Notes: generated from the sequence alone by a model not told the origin. A DNA stretch of 63,915 bases, filler included, from Dehalococcoidia bacterium (GCA_041494685.1; 7 parts of 7 records of this genome joined end to end with filler, not necessarily neighbours in it), one strand, 5' to 3'; numbered from the whole stretch's first letter, positions 50,347 through 60,032 are shown. Numbers and translations: made by a program.

Positions 50347-50373
50347 GGTAGTGGGTCAGACTGACCCACTACC
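50347..50373. promoter_or_regulatory. Perfect palindromic operator candidate between divergent genes
   Basis: GGTAGTGGGTCAG-A-CTGACCCACTACC (13-bp arms, 1-nt spacer). Confidence 0.7.
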
Positions 50374-50435
50374 CAGCCGATCCGACCACACCATCGCAGA
50401 ATAGTGTGCTTGACCACTAGGCGTATGATCACGTC

Positions 50436-51824
50436 ATGGTCGGACGCTTCATCTTCCCGGTCATGGCGGCAGGGGTCGCGTTGATCGCCGGGTGCGGCGG
50501 GTCTGCGACCAAAGCAACGACGCCGACCGCACCGGCAACGACGCCGACGGCTTCTGTCGTGGAAGCGCCCATGCCCCGCCACGTGATCTTCGCGCCGGGC
50601 GAAACGATCCGCGCCGACGGGCAGGCTGGGATCTTCTTCCTTGACCCCGTGACCGGCGCCGCTGAGGCATGGCTGGTGTCTGCGGCGACGTTCCAAGATG
50701 CAGGCCCTCTGCCGTTCAGCTTCACGGTGGGCGGGTTCTCGGCGGACGGCAGGAAGGTGGTCTACACCTGCATGGAGCCGAAAGTGAACTCCGGCCCCGT
50801 ACCGTGCGGCGGCGCTACGGACAACACCTGGTACTTGCTCGATACGAAGAGCGGCCAGCGAACGCGACTGACGGCGTTCACGGGCCCGTTCGCGAGCATT
50901 TCGCCTGACGGCAAGACGCTGCTCGGCGCGACGGCGGATAGTTTCGCCCTGGCGAATGCTGAACCGCCCGGAGCGCCGCGCCCGATCGCCTCGACAGCGG
51001 GTAGCGAAGTGGCGTACACCCACGCCGAGTGGAGTGCCGACGGCGGCCGCCTCGTGCTGACGGTGTCTACGCCGCCGGCCAGCGGCAGTACCGTGAGCAC
51101 GTTCCTTGTTGACACGACCAATGGACGCGTTACCGCGCTGGACGGCGGCGGCGCGTGGTCACCGGACGGTGCGCGCCTGATCTCCTGGAAGCAGATGTCC
51201 GATGAGGAGGGCGAGCTGCGCATGCTCGACCGGGACGGGCGTCTGGTTTGGTCGAAGCGCTCGACCGGCGCGGCGGGCGGCTGGTCGGCGGACGGGAGCC
51301 TGCTCTACGCGCAGGTGTTGGACCAGCCACGCGTCTCCACGGCGTACGGGCCGCTCGAACGCGTGGAGGTTATCGACAGCAACACAGGCGCGACGGCATT
51401 TCGCATCAGGGGCGGCTTGTGCCCGGTGGGATGGGTCGCCGGAACGCACCGGCTGCTCACCGAGTCTTACGGGTTTGGGGAAGCGCTCGTCGACCTCGAA
51501 GCCCGGGGCCTCAGGCTCATCGACGCCTACGCGCGGCCGACGCCGCTCGACGCGAACACGGCGATCATCTTCGATGGTAGCGATTTCCGATCGTACGATC
51601 TGGCGACGGGCGCGACGAAGTTGATCGTGCACACGACGGTGACGCCGGCGTGGGACCCGAACCACGGCGCGCTGTTCGCCGGCGATCGGCTGGTGTTTAC
51701 GGCGTTGCACGGCGGCCACGGCGGCTGCGGCGAAGGCGCAGGCCCGCAGAATCCGCCGCGACCGGAGCTGCTCGTTGGCCCGTTCGCGGACGACGCGCCG
51801 GTGACGGCCGGGCCGGGGCAATAG
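50436..51824 (+). CDS. Lipoprotein with TolB/WD40-like beta-propeller
   Basis: Lipobox LIAGC, Thr/Pro linker, repeated [FW]S[AP]DG blades. Confidence 0.82.
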   Translation: MVGRFIFPVMAAGVALIAGCGGSATKATTPTAPATTPTASVVEAPMPRHVIFAPGETIRADGQAGIFFLDPVTGAAEAWLVSAATFQDAGPLPFSFTVGGFSADGRKVVYTCMEPKVNSGPVPCGGATDNTWYLLDTKSGQRTRLTAFTGPFASISPDGKTLLGATADSFALANAEPPGAPRPIASTAGSEVAYTHAEWSADGGRLVLTVSTPPASGSTVSTFLVDTTNGRVTALDGGGAWSPDGARLISWKQMSDEEGELRMLDRDGRLVWSKRSTGAAGGWSADGSLLYAQVLDQPRVSTAYGPLERVEVIDSNTGATAFRIRGGLCPVGWVAGTHRLLTESYGFGEALVDLEARGLRLIDAYARPTPLDANTAIIFDGSDFRSYDLATGATKLIVHTTVTPAWDPNHGALFAGDRLVFTALHGGHGGCGEGAGPQNPPRPELLVGPFADDAPVTAGPGQ

Positions 51825-51918
51825 GGCGGCAGCACCGCCTCGCGCATGAATCCGGCTTCACCAGCACAGTCGCCCTGATCCAGAGAGTCCACACGATCGG
51901 TTCATGGTGGCCGCTAGT

Positions 51919-52059
51919 TGTAGTTCCCACCAAGGTTGTTGACACAAAGAGAGTGCTCGAGTCGGCTGTGGGTGTTGAAAGCCTGCAGTCGAAAGGAGCA
52001 CTCTCTTGGCACATGGTAACGCGCGGCTGACCACCTACGGCAGACTCCAGATCGTCCGC
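51919..52059 (+). mobile_element. IS481-family insertion sequence, left end and transposase N-terminus
   Basis: 5'-TGTAGTTCCCACCAAGGTTGTTGACAC terminal repeat; AAGGAG RBS; TTG at 52006 gives MAHGNARLTTYGRLQIVR (the IS481 HxNARLT motif); the contig breaks inside. Confidence 0.85.
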
Positions 52060-52159
52060 NNNNNNNNNNNNNNNNNNNNNNNNNNNNNNNNNNNNNNNNN
52101 NNNTTAATTAATTAANNNNNNNNNNNNNNNNNNNNNNNNNNNNNNNNNNNNNNNNNNNN
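52060..52159. other. Artificial contig linker
   Basis: N-run + TTAATTAATTAA + N-run. Confidence 0.99.
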
Positions 52160-52196
52160 ATGTCGATGATGCGGCAGCTTCCGGTATGGTGCGCGC

Positions 52197-54287
52197 ATGG
52201 CTGATGACGCACCGCAGCATCCCGAAGGGCCGCGCACGTTCGCTACGGCGCTGCGCGACGCTTCGCCGCTGGCGCCGGAGCTGCTCGAGCGGATGCTCGC
52301 ACTGGAATCCGGCCGCCACCCGGAGCTCTCGGCGCTCCGCGTGGCGCTCGGGCTCGACCTGGACCTGCGCGGCGCCACGGCGGCGGCGGATGAGGCGCGG
52401 TCGCTGCTTGACGCGACCTCGACCGACGCGGAGGTCGCGCGCGTCATCGACGCCATGCACGCCGCCGTTCGGTCCAGCCGGCTGGTCCGCGTCGCCGTCA
52501 GCGACGCCGGCGTCGCACCCTCGCGCGACGCCGGCCCGATCGTGCTGCGCGACGGCGAACCCCTCGCGCTCTACATCCTGGCGGAGAACAGCACCGCCGA
52601 CGGCCTGCCCTTCTCGTGCGAGGCGCACGGCGAGGGCATCGGCGGCTTCGTCGAGCCACAGCGCGCCGGTTCGTCGATCTTCAGGCTCGACGCGATCCAC
52701 ACCGGCTCGTACCTGCTGCCGCTGCTCGTCACCGCCGGCGGCCGCCCCGCGCACATCGACCTGCCGATCGAATGCCGTGCCGCCGGCACGCTCGCCGTCC
52801 GTATCGTCGACGACGAGACGGGCGAGCCGGTGGCGGCGCGCGTCTACCTCGCCGACGACGCGGGGCCGACGTGGCCCGGCGGCGCGCCGATCCGCCGCGA
52901 CGGGCGCGGCGACGCCTGGTTCCACGCGGACGGCGCCTTCGAGGCGATCGTCTCCGGCACGGCGCACCTGCGCGTCGCGCGCGGCATCGAGTACGAGCCG
53001 GCGACGGCGACCGCGGCGGTGCGCCCGGACGGCCGCGCCGAGGTCACCGTGCGGCTGCGCCGCTGGTCGCACATGGCGGCCGACGGCTGGCACAGCGGCG
53101 ACGTACACGTGCACCTGCACTACGGCGGCGAGTATGAACTGTCGCCCGAGGACGCGTCGCTGGCGCAGCGCGCCGAGGACGCCCGTTTCCTGAACATGAT
53201 GGTGGCGAACCAGGGCAGCGGCTGGGTGCACGACGCCACGCTCTTCTCCGGCGCTCAGCACCCGCTCAGCACCGCCGGCCACGTCCTGCAGTGGGGCGAG
53301 GAGTACCGCAACGACTTCTACGGCCACCTCTGCATGTACGGGCTGCGCGAACTGGTGCCGCCCGTGTACAGCGGCTTCGCCCGCACCGACCACCCCCACG
53401 ACGTGCCGGCGAACGCCGTCGCCGCGCGCCACTGCCACAGTGTCGGCGGCACGCTCAGCTACGCGCACCCGCTGTTCGATTCCGGCGACCTCGACCGCGT
53501 CTTCAGCGAGAAGATTGCCTACGAGGCGAAGGAATTGCCGGTCGACGCGGCGCTCGGCCTGGTCGATGCGATCGACATCATGTCGTACCCGGCGGACAGC
53601 GTGGAGACGGCGCGGCTCTGGTACCGGCTGCTGAACTGCGGATTGCGCCTGGCGGCCACCGCCGGCAGCGACACCTTCATGAACACCTGCGACTGGGGCA
53701 AGTTCAGCAACCCGCCGGCCGGCGTGCGCGCCTTCGTGCGCGTCGATGGCGCGCTGAGCACGGAGGCGTGGTGCGCGGGCGTCCGCGCCGGGCGCAGCTT
53801 CGTCACCAACGCGCCGATGCTCCGGCTCGAGATCGGCGAGCACGGCATCGGCGACGAGATCGCGGCCGCACCGGGCGACGTGCTGCGCGTCGAAGCGGAG
53901 GCCGGATCGTACGCGCCGATGGACCGCATCGAGCTGATCGTCGATGGCGAGGTCGTCGTCTCGGCCGCGGCGGACGAGGGCGGCCGCCATGCGATGCTCA
54001 GCCACGATCTGCGCGTCGAACGCGGCTGCTGGATCGCGCTGCGCGCGACCGGTCCCGAGCACGAGTACGTGCTGGGCGGCGCGCTCTTCGCGCACACCAG
54101 CCCGATCTACGTCAGCGTGCCGGGCGCGCCCATTGTGTCGGCCGCCGACGCCGCGTACTTCGTCGCGTGGATCGATCGCCTCGTCGCGATGTGCGAGCGC
54201 GAGGGCAGCTACGCCTCCGCCGCCGACCGCGGCGCCGTGGTGGCCGTCTTCCGGCAGGCGCAGCGGTACTACGTCACGAGGGCGTAG
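52197..54287 (+). CDS. CehA/McbA-like PHP-fold metallohydrolase
   Basis: RGIEY, GWHSGDVHVH, GEEYR...GHL, YAHP, WYRLLNCG, AGSD, GRSFVTNAP, FAHTSPIYV. Confidence 0.85.
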   Translation: MADDAPQHPEGPRTFATALRDASPLAPELLERMLALESGRHPELSALRVALGLDLDLRGATAAADEARSLLDATSTDAEVARVIDAMHAAVRSSRLVRVAVSDAGVAPSRDAGPIVLRDGEPLALYILAENSTADGLPFSCEAHGEGIGGFVEPQRAGSSIFRLDAIHTGSYLLPLLVTAGGRPAHIDLPIECRAAGTLAVRIVDDETGEPVAARVYLADDAGPTWPGGAPIRRDGRGDAWFHADGAFEAIVSGTAHLRVARGIEYEPATATAAVRPDGRAEVTVRLRRWSHMAADGWHSGDVHVHLHYGGEYELSPEDASLAQRAEDARFLNMMVANQGSGWVHDATLFSGAQHPLSTAGHVLQWGEEYRNDFYGHLCMYGLRELVPPVYSGFARTDHPHDVPANAVAARHCHSVGGTLSYAHPLFDSGDLDRVFSEKIAYEAKELPVDAALGLVDAIDIMSYPADSVETARLWYRLLNCGLRLAATAGSDTFMNTCDWGKFSNPPAGVRAFVRVDGALSTEAWCAGVRAGRSFVTNAPMLRLEIGEHGIGDEIAAAPGDVLRVEAEAGSYAPMDRIELIVDGEVVVSAAADEGGRHAMLSHDLRVERGCWIALRATGPEHEYVLGGALFAHTSPIYVSVPGAPIVSAADAAYFVAWIDRLVAMCEREGSYASAADRGAVVAVFRQAQRYYVTRA

Positions 54288-54462
54288 GGGCGCGGTGCGC
54301 CGGGCGCGGGCGCAGCAGGCTGCGCCCCTACGACGCGTGGCATCCGCCCCCGGCGGGCGCAGCGGCGCCCGTACGACGCGTGGCATCGCCCCCGGCGGGC
54401 GCAGCGGCGCCCGTACGACGCGTGGCATCGCCCCCGGCGGGCGCAGCAGGCTGCGCCCCTAC
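54284..54462. repeat. REP cluster (GTAG-type) with about 42-bp tandem units
   Basis: gggcgcagcaggctgcgcccctac at 54308-54331 and 54439-54462; gacgcgtggcatc(c)gcccccggcgggcgcagc occurs three times. Confidence 0.88.
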
Positions 54463-54519
54463 GCCATCGAGATCCGCATCGCCGGGGCCGTCGGAAGAGC
54501 GCTCATCGCAGTCGGCGGC

Positions 54520-55079
54520 CTATTGCCGCCAGAACGCGATCTCTGCGGCATCGGGGACACCCTCGGGGTTGTCGCCATCGAAGGCCCAGCGCGCGGGATT
54601 GTCCACGATGTACTGCCGCATCGCCTGGAGGCCGTGCTCGTCACGGATGATCCGCTCGTAGTAGTTGCGCTGCCAGACCGCCGCACCGGGCGTCCCTCGA
54701 TGCGCATTGATCTCGCGGCTCGCGCGAGACTTGAACGAGCGGACGACCGCGCCGAGCGATCCGGCGTCGACGCGTAATCGACGGGGTAGGGGCGCAGCCT
54801 GCTGCGCCCGCGCTCCGCCCCGGGTGCCGTCCGGATCTTCGATGAACAGGATCCCGTGCACGTGGTTCGGCATGACCACGAACTCATCGAGCACAACGTC
54901 GCGGTGGTGCGCCGGCAGGTCGAGCCACGCGGAGCGAACGATGGCCGCGACGGCGGCATCGTCAAAGATGCGTGCGCGATCGGCCACGCAGATGGTGATG
55001 AAATAGGTTCCCGCGCCGGCGTAGTCCCAAGTCGCCAGCCGGATCGATCGCCGCGTGGGACGCGCGTCGCGGCATGCAT
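54520..55079 (-). mobile_element. REP-associated tyrosine transposase (RAYT/TnpA-REP), apparent 5' frameshift
   Basis: RRSIRLATWDY, YFITIC, VMPNHVH (HUH), WQRNYYERIIR, YIVDNP. Neither ATG after the GAGGA RBS is in frame. Confidence 0.85.
54786..54809 (+). repeat. REP copy inside the RAYT coding region
   Basis: GTAG-GGGCGCAGC-CT-GCTGCGCCC; translated as RAQQAAPL on the coding strand. Confidence 0.85.
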
Positions 55080-55130
55080 GGGCGTTCGTCCTCGTTTCCG
55101 AACCCCGCGTGCCGGTGGCGCAGCGTTAGC

Positions 55131-55154
55131 GGGCGCAGCAGGCTGCGCCCCTAC
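55131..55154 (-). repeat. REP copy upstream of RAYT
   Basis: gggcgcagcaggctgcgcccctac. Confidence 0.88.
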
Positions 55155-55170
55155 GGGTGTGGCGGGACCG

Positions 55171-56250
55171 CTACGGCATTAGCGCGCGCTCGATCGCCGC
55201 GCCCATCTGGCGCGTGGTGACCAGCGTGCCGCCGGCCGCGGCGATGTCCGGCGTGCGCAGGCCGCCCGCCAGCGCCGCCCGCACCGCCGCTTCGATCGCC
55301 GCGGCCTCCGCTTCGAGCTTGAACGACAGCCGCAGCATCATCGCGGCGCTCAGGATCATCGCCACCGGGTTCGCCTTGCCCGCGCCCGCGATGTCCGGCG
55401 CGGAGCCGTGGATCGGCTCGTACATGCCGAAGCCCTGCGCGTTCAGGCTGGCCGAGCCCAGCATGCCCAGCGACCCGGCCAGCACGCTCGCCTCGTCGCT
55501 CAGGATGTCGCCGAAGATGTTGTTGGTGAGCATCACGTCGAACTGCCGCGGGTTCGTGACGATCTGCATCGCCGCGTTGTCCACGTGCAGGTAGTCGTGC
55601 GCGACGTCCGGGTACTCCGGCGCGATCGTCGCCAGCACGTCGCGCCACAGCACGCTGCTGCGCAGTACGTTCGACTTTGCGACGAGCGTCACGTGCTTGC
55701 GCCGCCCGCGGGCGATCTGGAACGCGCCGTGCGTGATCCGCGCGATCTCGCCCTCGGTGTACGACTCCGTGTCCCACACCTGGCGCTGGCCGTCCACCAT
55801 CCGCTCGCCGCGCTCGCCGAAGTAGATGCCGCCCGTCAGCTCGCGCACGATCAGCATGTCCGCGCCCTCGACGATCTCGGGCCGCAGCGGCGACAGGGAG
55901 AGCATCTCCGGGTACACCGTCACGGGGCGCAGGTTCATGAACAGGTCGAACTCGCGCCGCAGCCCCAGGATCGCCGTCGTCTCGACGCCGCTCCACTTCG
56001 GGTGGTGCGCCTCGTTCGTCGGCCCGCCGAAGGGCCCCTTCAAGATCGCGTCCGCGTTGCGGCACGTCTCGATCGTGACGGCCGGCAGGTGCTCGCCGAA
56101 GCGCTCCCATGCCTCGCCGCCCGCGTACGCCTCCACGAACTCGAACTCGTGGCCGAAGCGGCCGCCTGCGGCGCGCAGCACGCGCAGCGCCTCGTCCACG
56201 ATCTCCGGCCCGATGCCGTCGCCCCGGAGCAGTGCGATACGGAAGTTCAT
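55171..56250 (-). CDS. leuB: 3-isopropylmalate dehydrogenase
   Basis: GDGIGPEI, NLRP, VRELTGGIYFG, KSNVL, NIFGDILSDEAS, EPIHGSAPDIAG. Confidence 0.96.
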   Translation of the reverse strand: MNFRIALLRGDGIGPEIVDEALRVLRAAGGRFGHEFEFVEAYAGGEAWERFGEHLPAVTIETCRNADAILKGPFGGPTNEAHHPKWSGVETTAILGLRREFDLFMNLRPVTVYPEMLSLSPLRPEIVEGADMLIVRELTGGIYFGERGERMVDGQRQVWDTESYTEGEIARITHGAFQIARGRRKHVTLVAKSNVLRSSVLWRDVLATIAPEYPDVAHDYLHVDNAAMQIVTNPRQFDVMLTNNIFGDILSDEASVLAGSLGMLGSASLNAQGFGMYEPIHGSAPDIAGAGKANPVAMILSAAMMLRLSFKLEAEAAAIEAAVRAALAGGLRTPDIAAAGGTLVTTRQMGAAIERALMP

Positions 56251-56323
56251 GTGATCGCTCCTCTCGGGGGATCGTACCGAATCGGCCGGACAGCAGATAG
56301 CGATGCCATTGCCCCGCAGGCGT

Positions 56324-56386
56324 CTTTGCTGTTTGCTGTCTATCTGCTGTCTATCTGCTGTCTATCTGCTGTCTGTCTGTTGTCTG
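56324..56386. repeat. Short tandem repeats (TTTGCTG)2 + (TCTATCTGCTG)3
   Basis: Directly visible between leuB and the EEP gene. Confidence 0.8.
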
Positions 56387-56401
56387 GAAGGGACCTACCC
56401 C

Positions 56402-57163
56402 ATGGCCACCGTGAAGCTCGCGACGCTCAACATCTTCAACCGCATGGGGCAGTGGGGCATGCGCGCGCCGCTCCTCATCGACCAGCTCGAAGAGCTGAAG
56501 CCCGACGTGCTGGGCCTGCAGGAAGTGGACCTGGTGATGGACCAGGGCATCTGGATCAGCAAGCAGATCAACAAGCGCGTCCCCGGCGAGCCGCACTACC
56601 GCGTCAAGCACGCCACTAACCCCGACACGCGCGCCAGCTTCCACGCCATCGCCACGATGTCGCGCATCGGCTTCGAGGCGCACGACATCCTCGACCTCAT
56701 GACGTTCGAGCGCGTGGCGCAGCGCTTCGTGTTCCGCTGCGGCGATCAGCCCTTCGTCTTCGTCAACACGCACCTGCACTTCCCGCCGGAAGGCACGCAG
56801 GAGCGCGTCGATCAGCTCAACTACCTGCTGGCGTGGCTCGACAAAGACGACCGCCGCCTGCCGACGGTCATCCTCGGCGACTTCAACGCCTACGCCGTCC
56901 CGCCCGAGCCCGCCGTCACGCTCATGAAGTCGCGCTTCCGCTCCGCCTACGAGACGGTGCACGGCCGCGAGCCGGAGAAGACGTGGACCACGCCGGTCAA
57001 CACCTACGACCCGGCGCCGCACGGCACGCTCGACTACATCTTCGTCTCGCCGGAGTGGAAGGTCCGCGACGCCGGCCTCTGCTTCGACAAGCCGTCGCCG
57101 TACGACGCCAACCTCTACCCGTCCGACCACATCGGCGTCTACGCGGAGTTGGAGTTGGGGTAG
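56402..57163 (+). CDS. Endonuclease/exonuclease/phosphatase (EEP) family protein
   Basis: ATLNI, LQEV, NTHL, GDFN, LDYIF, PSDH. Confidence 0.92.
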   Translation: MATVKLATLNIFNRMGQWGMRAPLLIDQLEELKPDVLGLQEVDLVMDQGIWISKQINKRVPGEPHYRVKHATNPDTRASFHAIATMSRIGFEAHDILDLMTFERVAQRFVFRCGDQPFVFVNTHLHFPPEGTQERVDQLNYLLAWLDKDDRRLPTVILGDFNAYAVPPEPAVTLMKSRFRSAYETVHGREPEKTWTTPVNTYDPAPHGTLDYIFVSPEWKVRDAGLCFDKPSPYDANLYPSDHIGVYAELELG

Positions 57164-57193
57164 GGTGGATGGTTGGTAGTTGGGAGTGGGTAG

Positions 57194-58207
57194 TTAGGGG
57201 TTGGCGGTTAGCCACGCCGTCACGGCGTCTTCGATGAGTTGCTGGACGACGGGCGAATCGTCGAGCGTCTTGTGGCTGACGAGCGCCGGGCCGCCGCCGC
57301 CGTCGCTTGGCGCGATCGGCGCCTGTTCCTTCGATGCGTCGAAGTTCGTCGCGTTCGCCAGGTCCAGCTTCTCGCCGTGCCAGCCCTCGTTCGTCTGGAA
57401 GATATTCAGCAGAGGCGTGCGCGACGGGTACTCGGCTGCCGGACGGTCGTAGAGCGCCGTCGTGCGGTCGATCAGCACGCCGAACAGCCGCGCCGCGTAG
57501 GCGCCGTCCAGCGCGGCCGTCACCGACGTCACCGTGACGGCGCCGTGGCTATGCCCGATCATCACCGCGCGCAGGCAGGGCAGCGCGTCGAGCCGCGCCC
57601 GCAGGTCGTGTTCCAGCCACTGCTCCATGCGCGTCTGCGGCTGATCCGCGCCGAACACAGCCGACGTTGCCAGCACCGTGTCCGTGGCGATGCCCTCGGC
57701 CGCCGCGCGGTCCTGCAACGCCGCGACGATCTGCAGTTCGCCCGGGCTCTCGCCGCTGCTCGTGTCGAGCAACTCGCTGCCGGCGCTGCCCACCGCCACG
57801 ATCAGCAGAGGTCGCTTCACCGCTACGCACGAGTATGCCGCACTGTCGGACGGCGGCCCGGCGTAGAAATCGCGATGGTGCTGCGGGTCGTTGCATGCCT
57901 TGCCGGCCACCAGCGGGATGCTCAGCCCGGCCAGCTCGGCGGAGTCGGCACCGTCCAGGCGGCCGTCGCCGTTGTGATCCAGGCATGAGATGAGGATCGC
58001 CTCCGCGCCGCGCGACGCGTGCAGCGCCGCCGACCACTCGTGCGGGAAGGGCGTTGGGGTGGCCGAGACCGGTGCGGGCGAGGGTGTGCGGGTCGGGATC
58101 AGCGCGGTCGCGCCGCCCGGACTGCTGCTGTTGGCGAAGACGAGATAGATGACAAGCGCGGAGCCGGCAGCGAGCAGCAGCGCCGCGGAGAGGGCCCCAA
58201 CCTTCAT
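57194..58207 (-). CDS. Membrane-anchored alpha/beta-hydrolase-like protein with EF-hand-like loop
   Basis: N-terminal TM, Pro/Thr linker, DHNGDGRLDGAD, nucleophile elbow GHSHG, C-terminal His (VSHK). Confidence 0.65.
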   Translation of the reverse strand: MKVGALSAALLLAAGSALVIYLVFANSSSPGGATALIPTRTPSPAPVSATPTPFPHEWSAALHASRGAEAILISCLDHNGDGRLDGADSAELAGLSIPLVAGKACNDPQHHRDFYAGPPSDSAAYSCVAVKRPLLIVAVGSAGSELLDTSSGESPGELQIVAALQDRAAAEGIATDTVLATSAVFGADQPQTRMEQWLEHDLRARLDALPCLRAVMIGHSHGAVTVTSVTAALDGAYAARLFGVLIDRTTALYDRPAAEYPSRTPLLNIFQTNEGWHGEKLDLANATNFDASKEQAPIAPSDGGGGPALVSHKTLDDSPVVQQLIEDAVTAWLTANP

Positions 58208-58608
58208 CCTGCCGCCCGGCGCGTCCCCTCGAGTTGTGGCCGCGGCCGCGCCACGCGGTGAAGCCGCATGATCGCCCTGCTCCAGCCCGCCTCGCGGCGG
58301 CCCAGCAGTCCGGCGAGCCCCGCGCCCGTGCTCGGTAGCTCCAGCGTGACATCGCCGCTGTGCGCGAAGACGAAGAGGCGGTTGCGTCCGGCGCGGGCCG
58401 CTTGCACGACGTCATCCAGCCAGAACGCGGCGTCGTGGACGAGCGGGCTCTCCACGTTCGGCAGGAAGAACAGCCGATCCGTGGTGAGGATCAGGTGGCC
58501 GGCCCACCAGTGCGGCGGCGCGGCGATCTGCAGACGGGCGGGGCCGGTACGGACGAGGCGCTCACCGGGGAGCAGCTTGTCCGCATCGAACCACGTGCGG
58601 GGTCCCAT
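58204..58608 (-). CDS. Small PH/GRAM-like domain protein
   Basis: LLPGERLV...AGHLILTTDRLFFLP pattern; TATACT lies 7 nt upstream. Confidence 0.6.
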   Translation of the reverse strand: MGPRTWFDADKLLPGERLVRTGPARLQIAAPPHWWAGHLILTTDRLFFLPNVESPLVHDAAFWLDDVVQAARAGRNRLFVFAHSGDVTLELPSTGAGLAGLLGRREAGWSRAIMRLHRVARPRPQLEGTRRAAG

Positions 58609-58689
58609 AGCGGGCAGTATAGGCCGAATCGCCCTGCCCGTGCGCAAGTCTTACCATCACAAACGCGTCACGCGCGTTGGTACGCCGGG

Positions 58690-59544
58690 CTACGGAAGCG
58701 CGTAGGGCGTCTTCTTGCGATCCACAAATGTGACGGCTTCGTCGTAACCAGCGCGCCGCGCCCACGCGACGAGATCGCCGAACCCGTGGCCCACGTGCTC
58801 CGGCCTGTGCGCGTCCGACGCGAGCGTGATCGGCAGCCCCAGGGCGCGCGCCCGCTCGACCAGCGGCAGCGCGGGGAAGATCTCGCCGCAGCGGCGCAGG
58901 CCGTTGCTGTTCAGCTCCACCGCCGTGCCGTTCACCGCCGCGCCGGCCAGGATCAGGTCGTGCAGCGGCGTCTCGTCCGCCGGGCGGTGCCCGAACTTCT
59001 TCACCACGTCCGGGTGCGTGAGCGCGTCCACGAGCCCGCTCTCCGCCAGCTCCTTCATCAGCACGCCGTAGTCCGACCACGCCCGCGCCACGTCGCGCCT
59101 CTCCCACTCGAAGAGGAACGCGTCGTCATCGATGCCCCAAGCACCCACGTAGTGCACCGACCCCAGCACGATGTCCCAGTCGTACGGCGACAGGAACTCG
59201 CGCAGCGCGTCCTCGCGGCCGTGGATCCAGTCCATCTCCAGCCCGAGCAACACCGGCACGCCCGCGCTCTTCGCCGCCTCCACCACGCGCACGTAGTCCG
59301 CGACGCTGCCGGAGACGTGGTCCTTCCAGTAGTTCGCGCACAGGCCGGCCAGCACCGGGTCCGGATCCTCGTCCCACCAGCCGTACAGCAGCTTGTACGC
59401 CTCCTCGAAGCGGAAGAGGTGCTCTGTGATGCAGATCGCCGTCACGCCGCGCTCGGCGCCGGCGCGCACGTACTCGTCGATGCGCTCGCGCGTCATCGGC
59501 GGCTGCTCGCCGTGCGGCTGCAGGTGCGTGTGACAATCGATCAC
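58690..59544 (-). CDS. Histidinol-phosphatase, PHP/HisJ family
   Basis: IDCHTH, ITEH, GLEMD, LGSVHY, THPDVVKK, ELNSNG, ASDAH; GTG start. Confidence 0.88.
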   Translation of the reverse strand: MIDCHTHLQPHGEQPPMTRERIDEYVRAGAERGVTAICITEHLFRFEEAYKLLYGWWDEDPDPVLAGLCANYWKDHVSGSVADYVRVVEAAKSAGVPVLLGLEMDWIHGREDALREFLSPYDWDIVLGSVHYVGAWGIDDDAFLFEWERRDVARAWSDYGVLMKELAESGLVDALTHPDVVKKFGHRPADETPLHDLILAGAAVNGTAVELNSNGLRRCGEIFPALPLVERARALGLPITLASDAHRPEHVGHGFGDLVAWARRAGYDEAVTFVDRKKTPYALP

Positions 59545-60032
59545 TGGCGCAGCTCCATCTCGTCGAGGATCGGCTCCATGCCGCGGATCAGCGCCGCCAC
59601 GCGCGCCGCGGCCTCGGCCGCCAGCTCCGGCGTCAGCACGTCCGCCGGGAACGCGCGGTGCAGCCGCGTCCACGACTCCGTCCACTCCTCCAGTTCGTAC
59701 TCGCGGCCGATCCGCTTCTCGATGTCCGGCGCGCGCATCGCCAGCAACTCGGCCGCGGCGTAGTTGCGCTCGCGCGGCCCCTCGAAGTGCAGGCCGATCT
59801 CCACGCGCCGCGTCTTGCGCTGCGCCCACACCTCGTAGTGGATCTCCGGCGAGCCGCGATAGTACTGCAGGTAGCCGAAGCGGGTGCGCGTCTCGAAGCC
59901 CGCCAGCCGCTTGCCCATGCGCTGCGCCACGCCCTCCTGCACCAGCGCCAGGAAGTCGCGGATCGTCAGCGACGACGGGCGGGGGCCGCTGCTGCGGCCG
60001 TCGGCGGCGATGCGTACGCGTCGAGGAGGCAT
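59541..60032 (-). CDS. Hypothetical protein
   Basis: IHYEVW...VEIGLHFEG...WTRLH; coupled to the downstream gene. Confidence 0.7.
   Translation of the reverse strand: MPPRRVRIAADGRSSGPRPSSLTIRDFLALVQEGVAQRMGKRLAGFETRTRFGYLQYYRGSPEIHYEVWAQRKTRRVEIGLHFEGPRERNYAAAELLAMRAPDIEKRIGREYELEEWTESWTRLHRAFPADVLTPELAAEAAARVAALIRGMEPILDEMELRQ

Noticed and set aside
54330..54462. Possible CRISPR array
   Set aside because: Units are near-identical tandem copies without unique spacers, contain REP palindromes and flank a RAYT; no cas genes.
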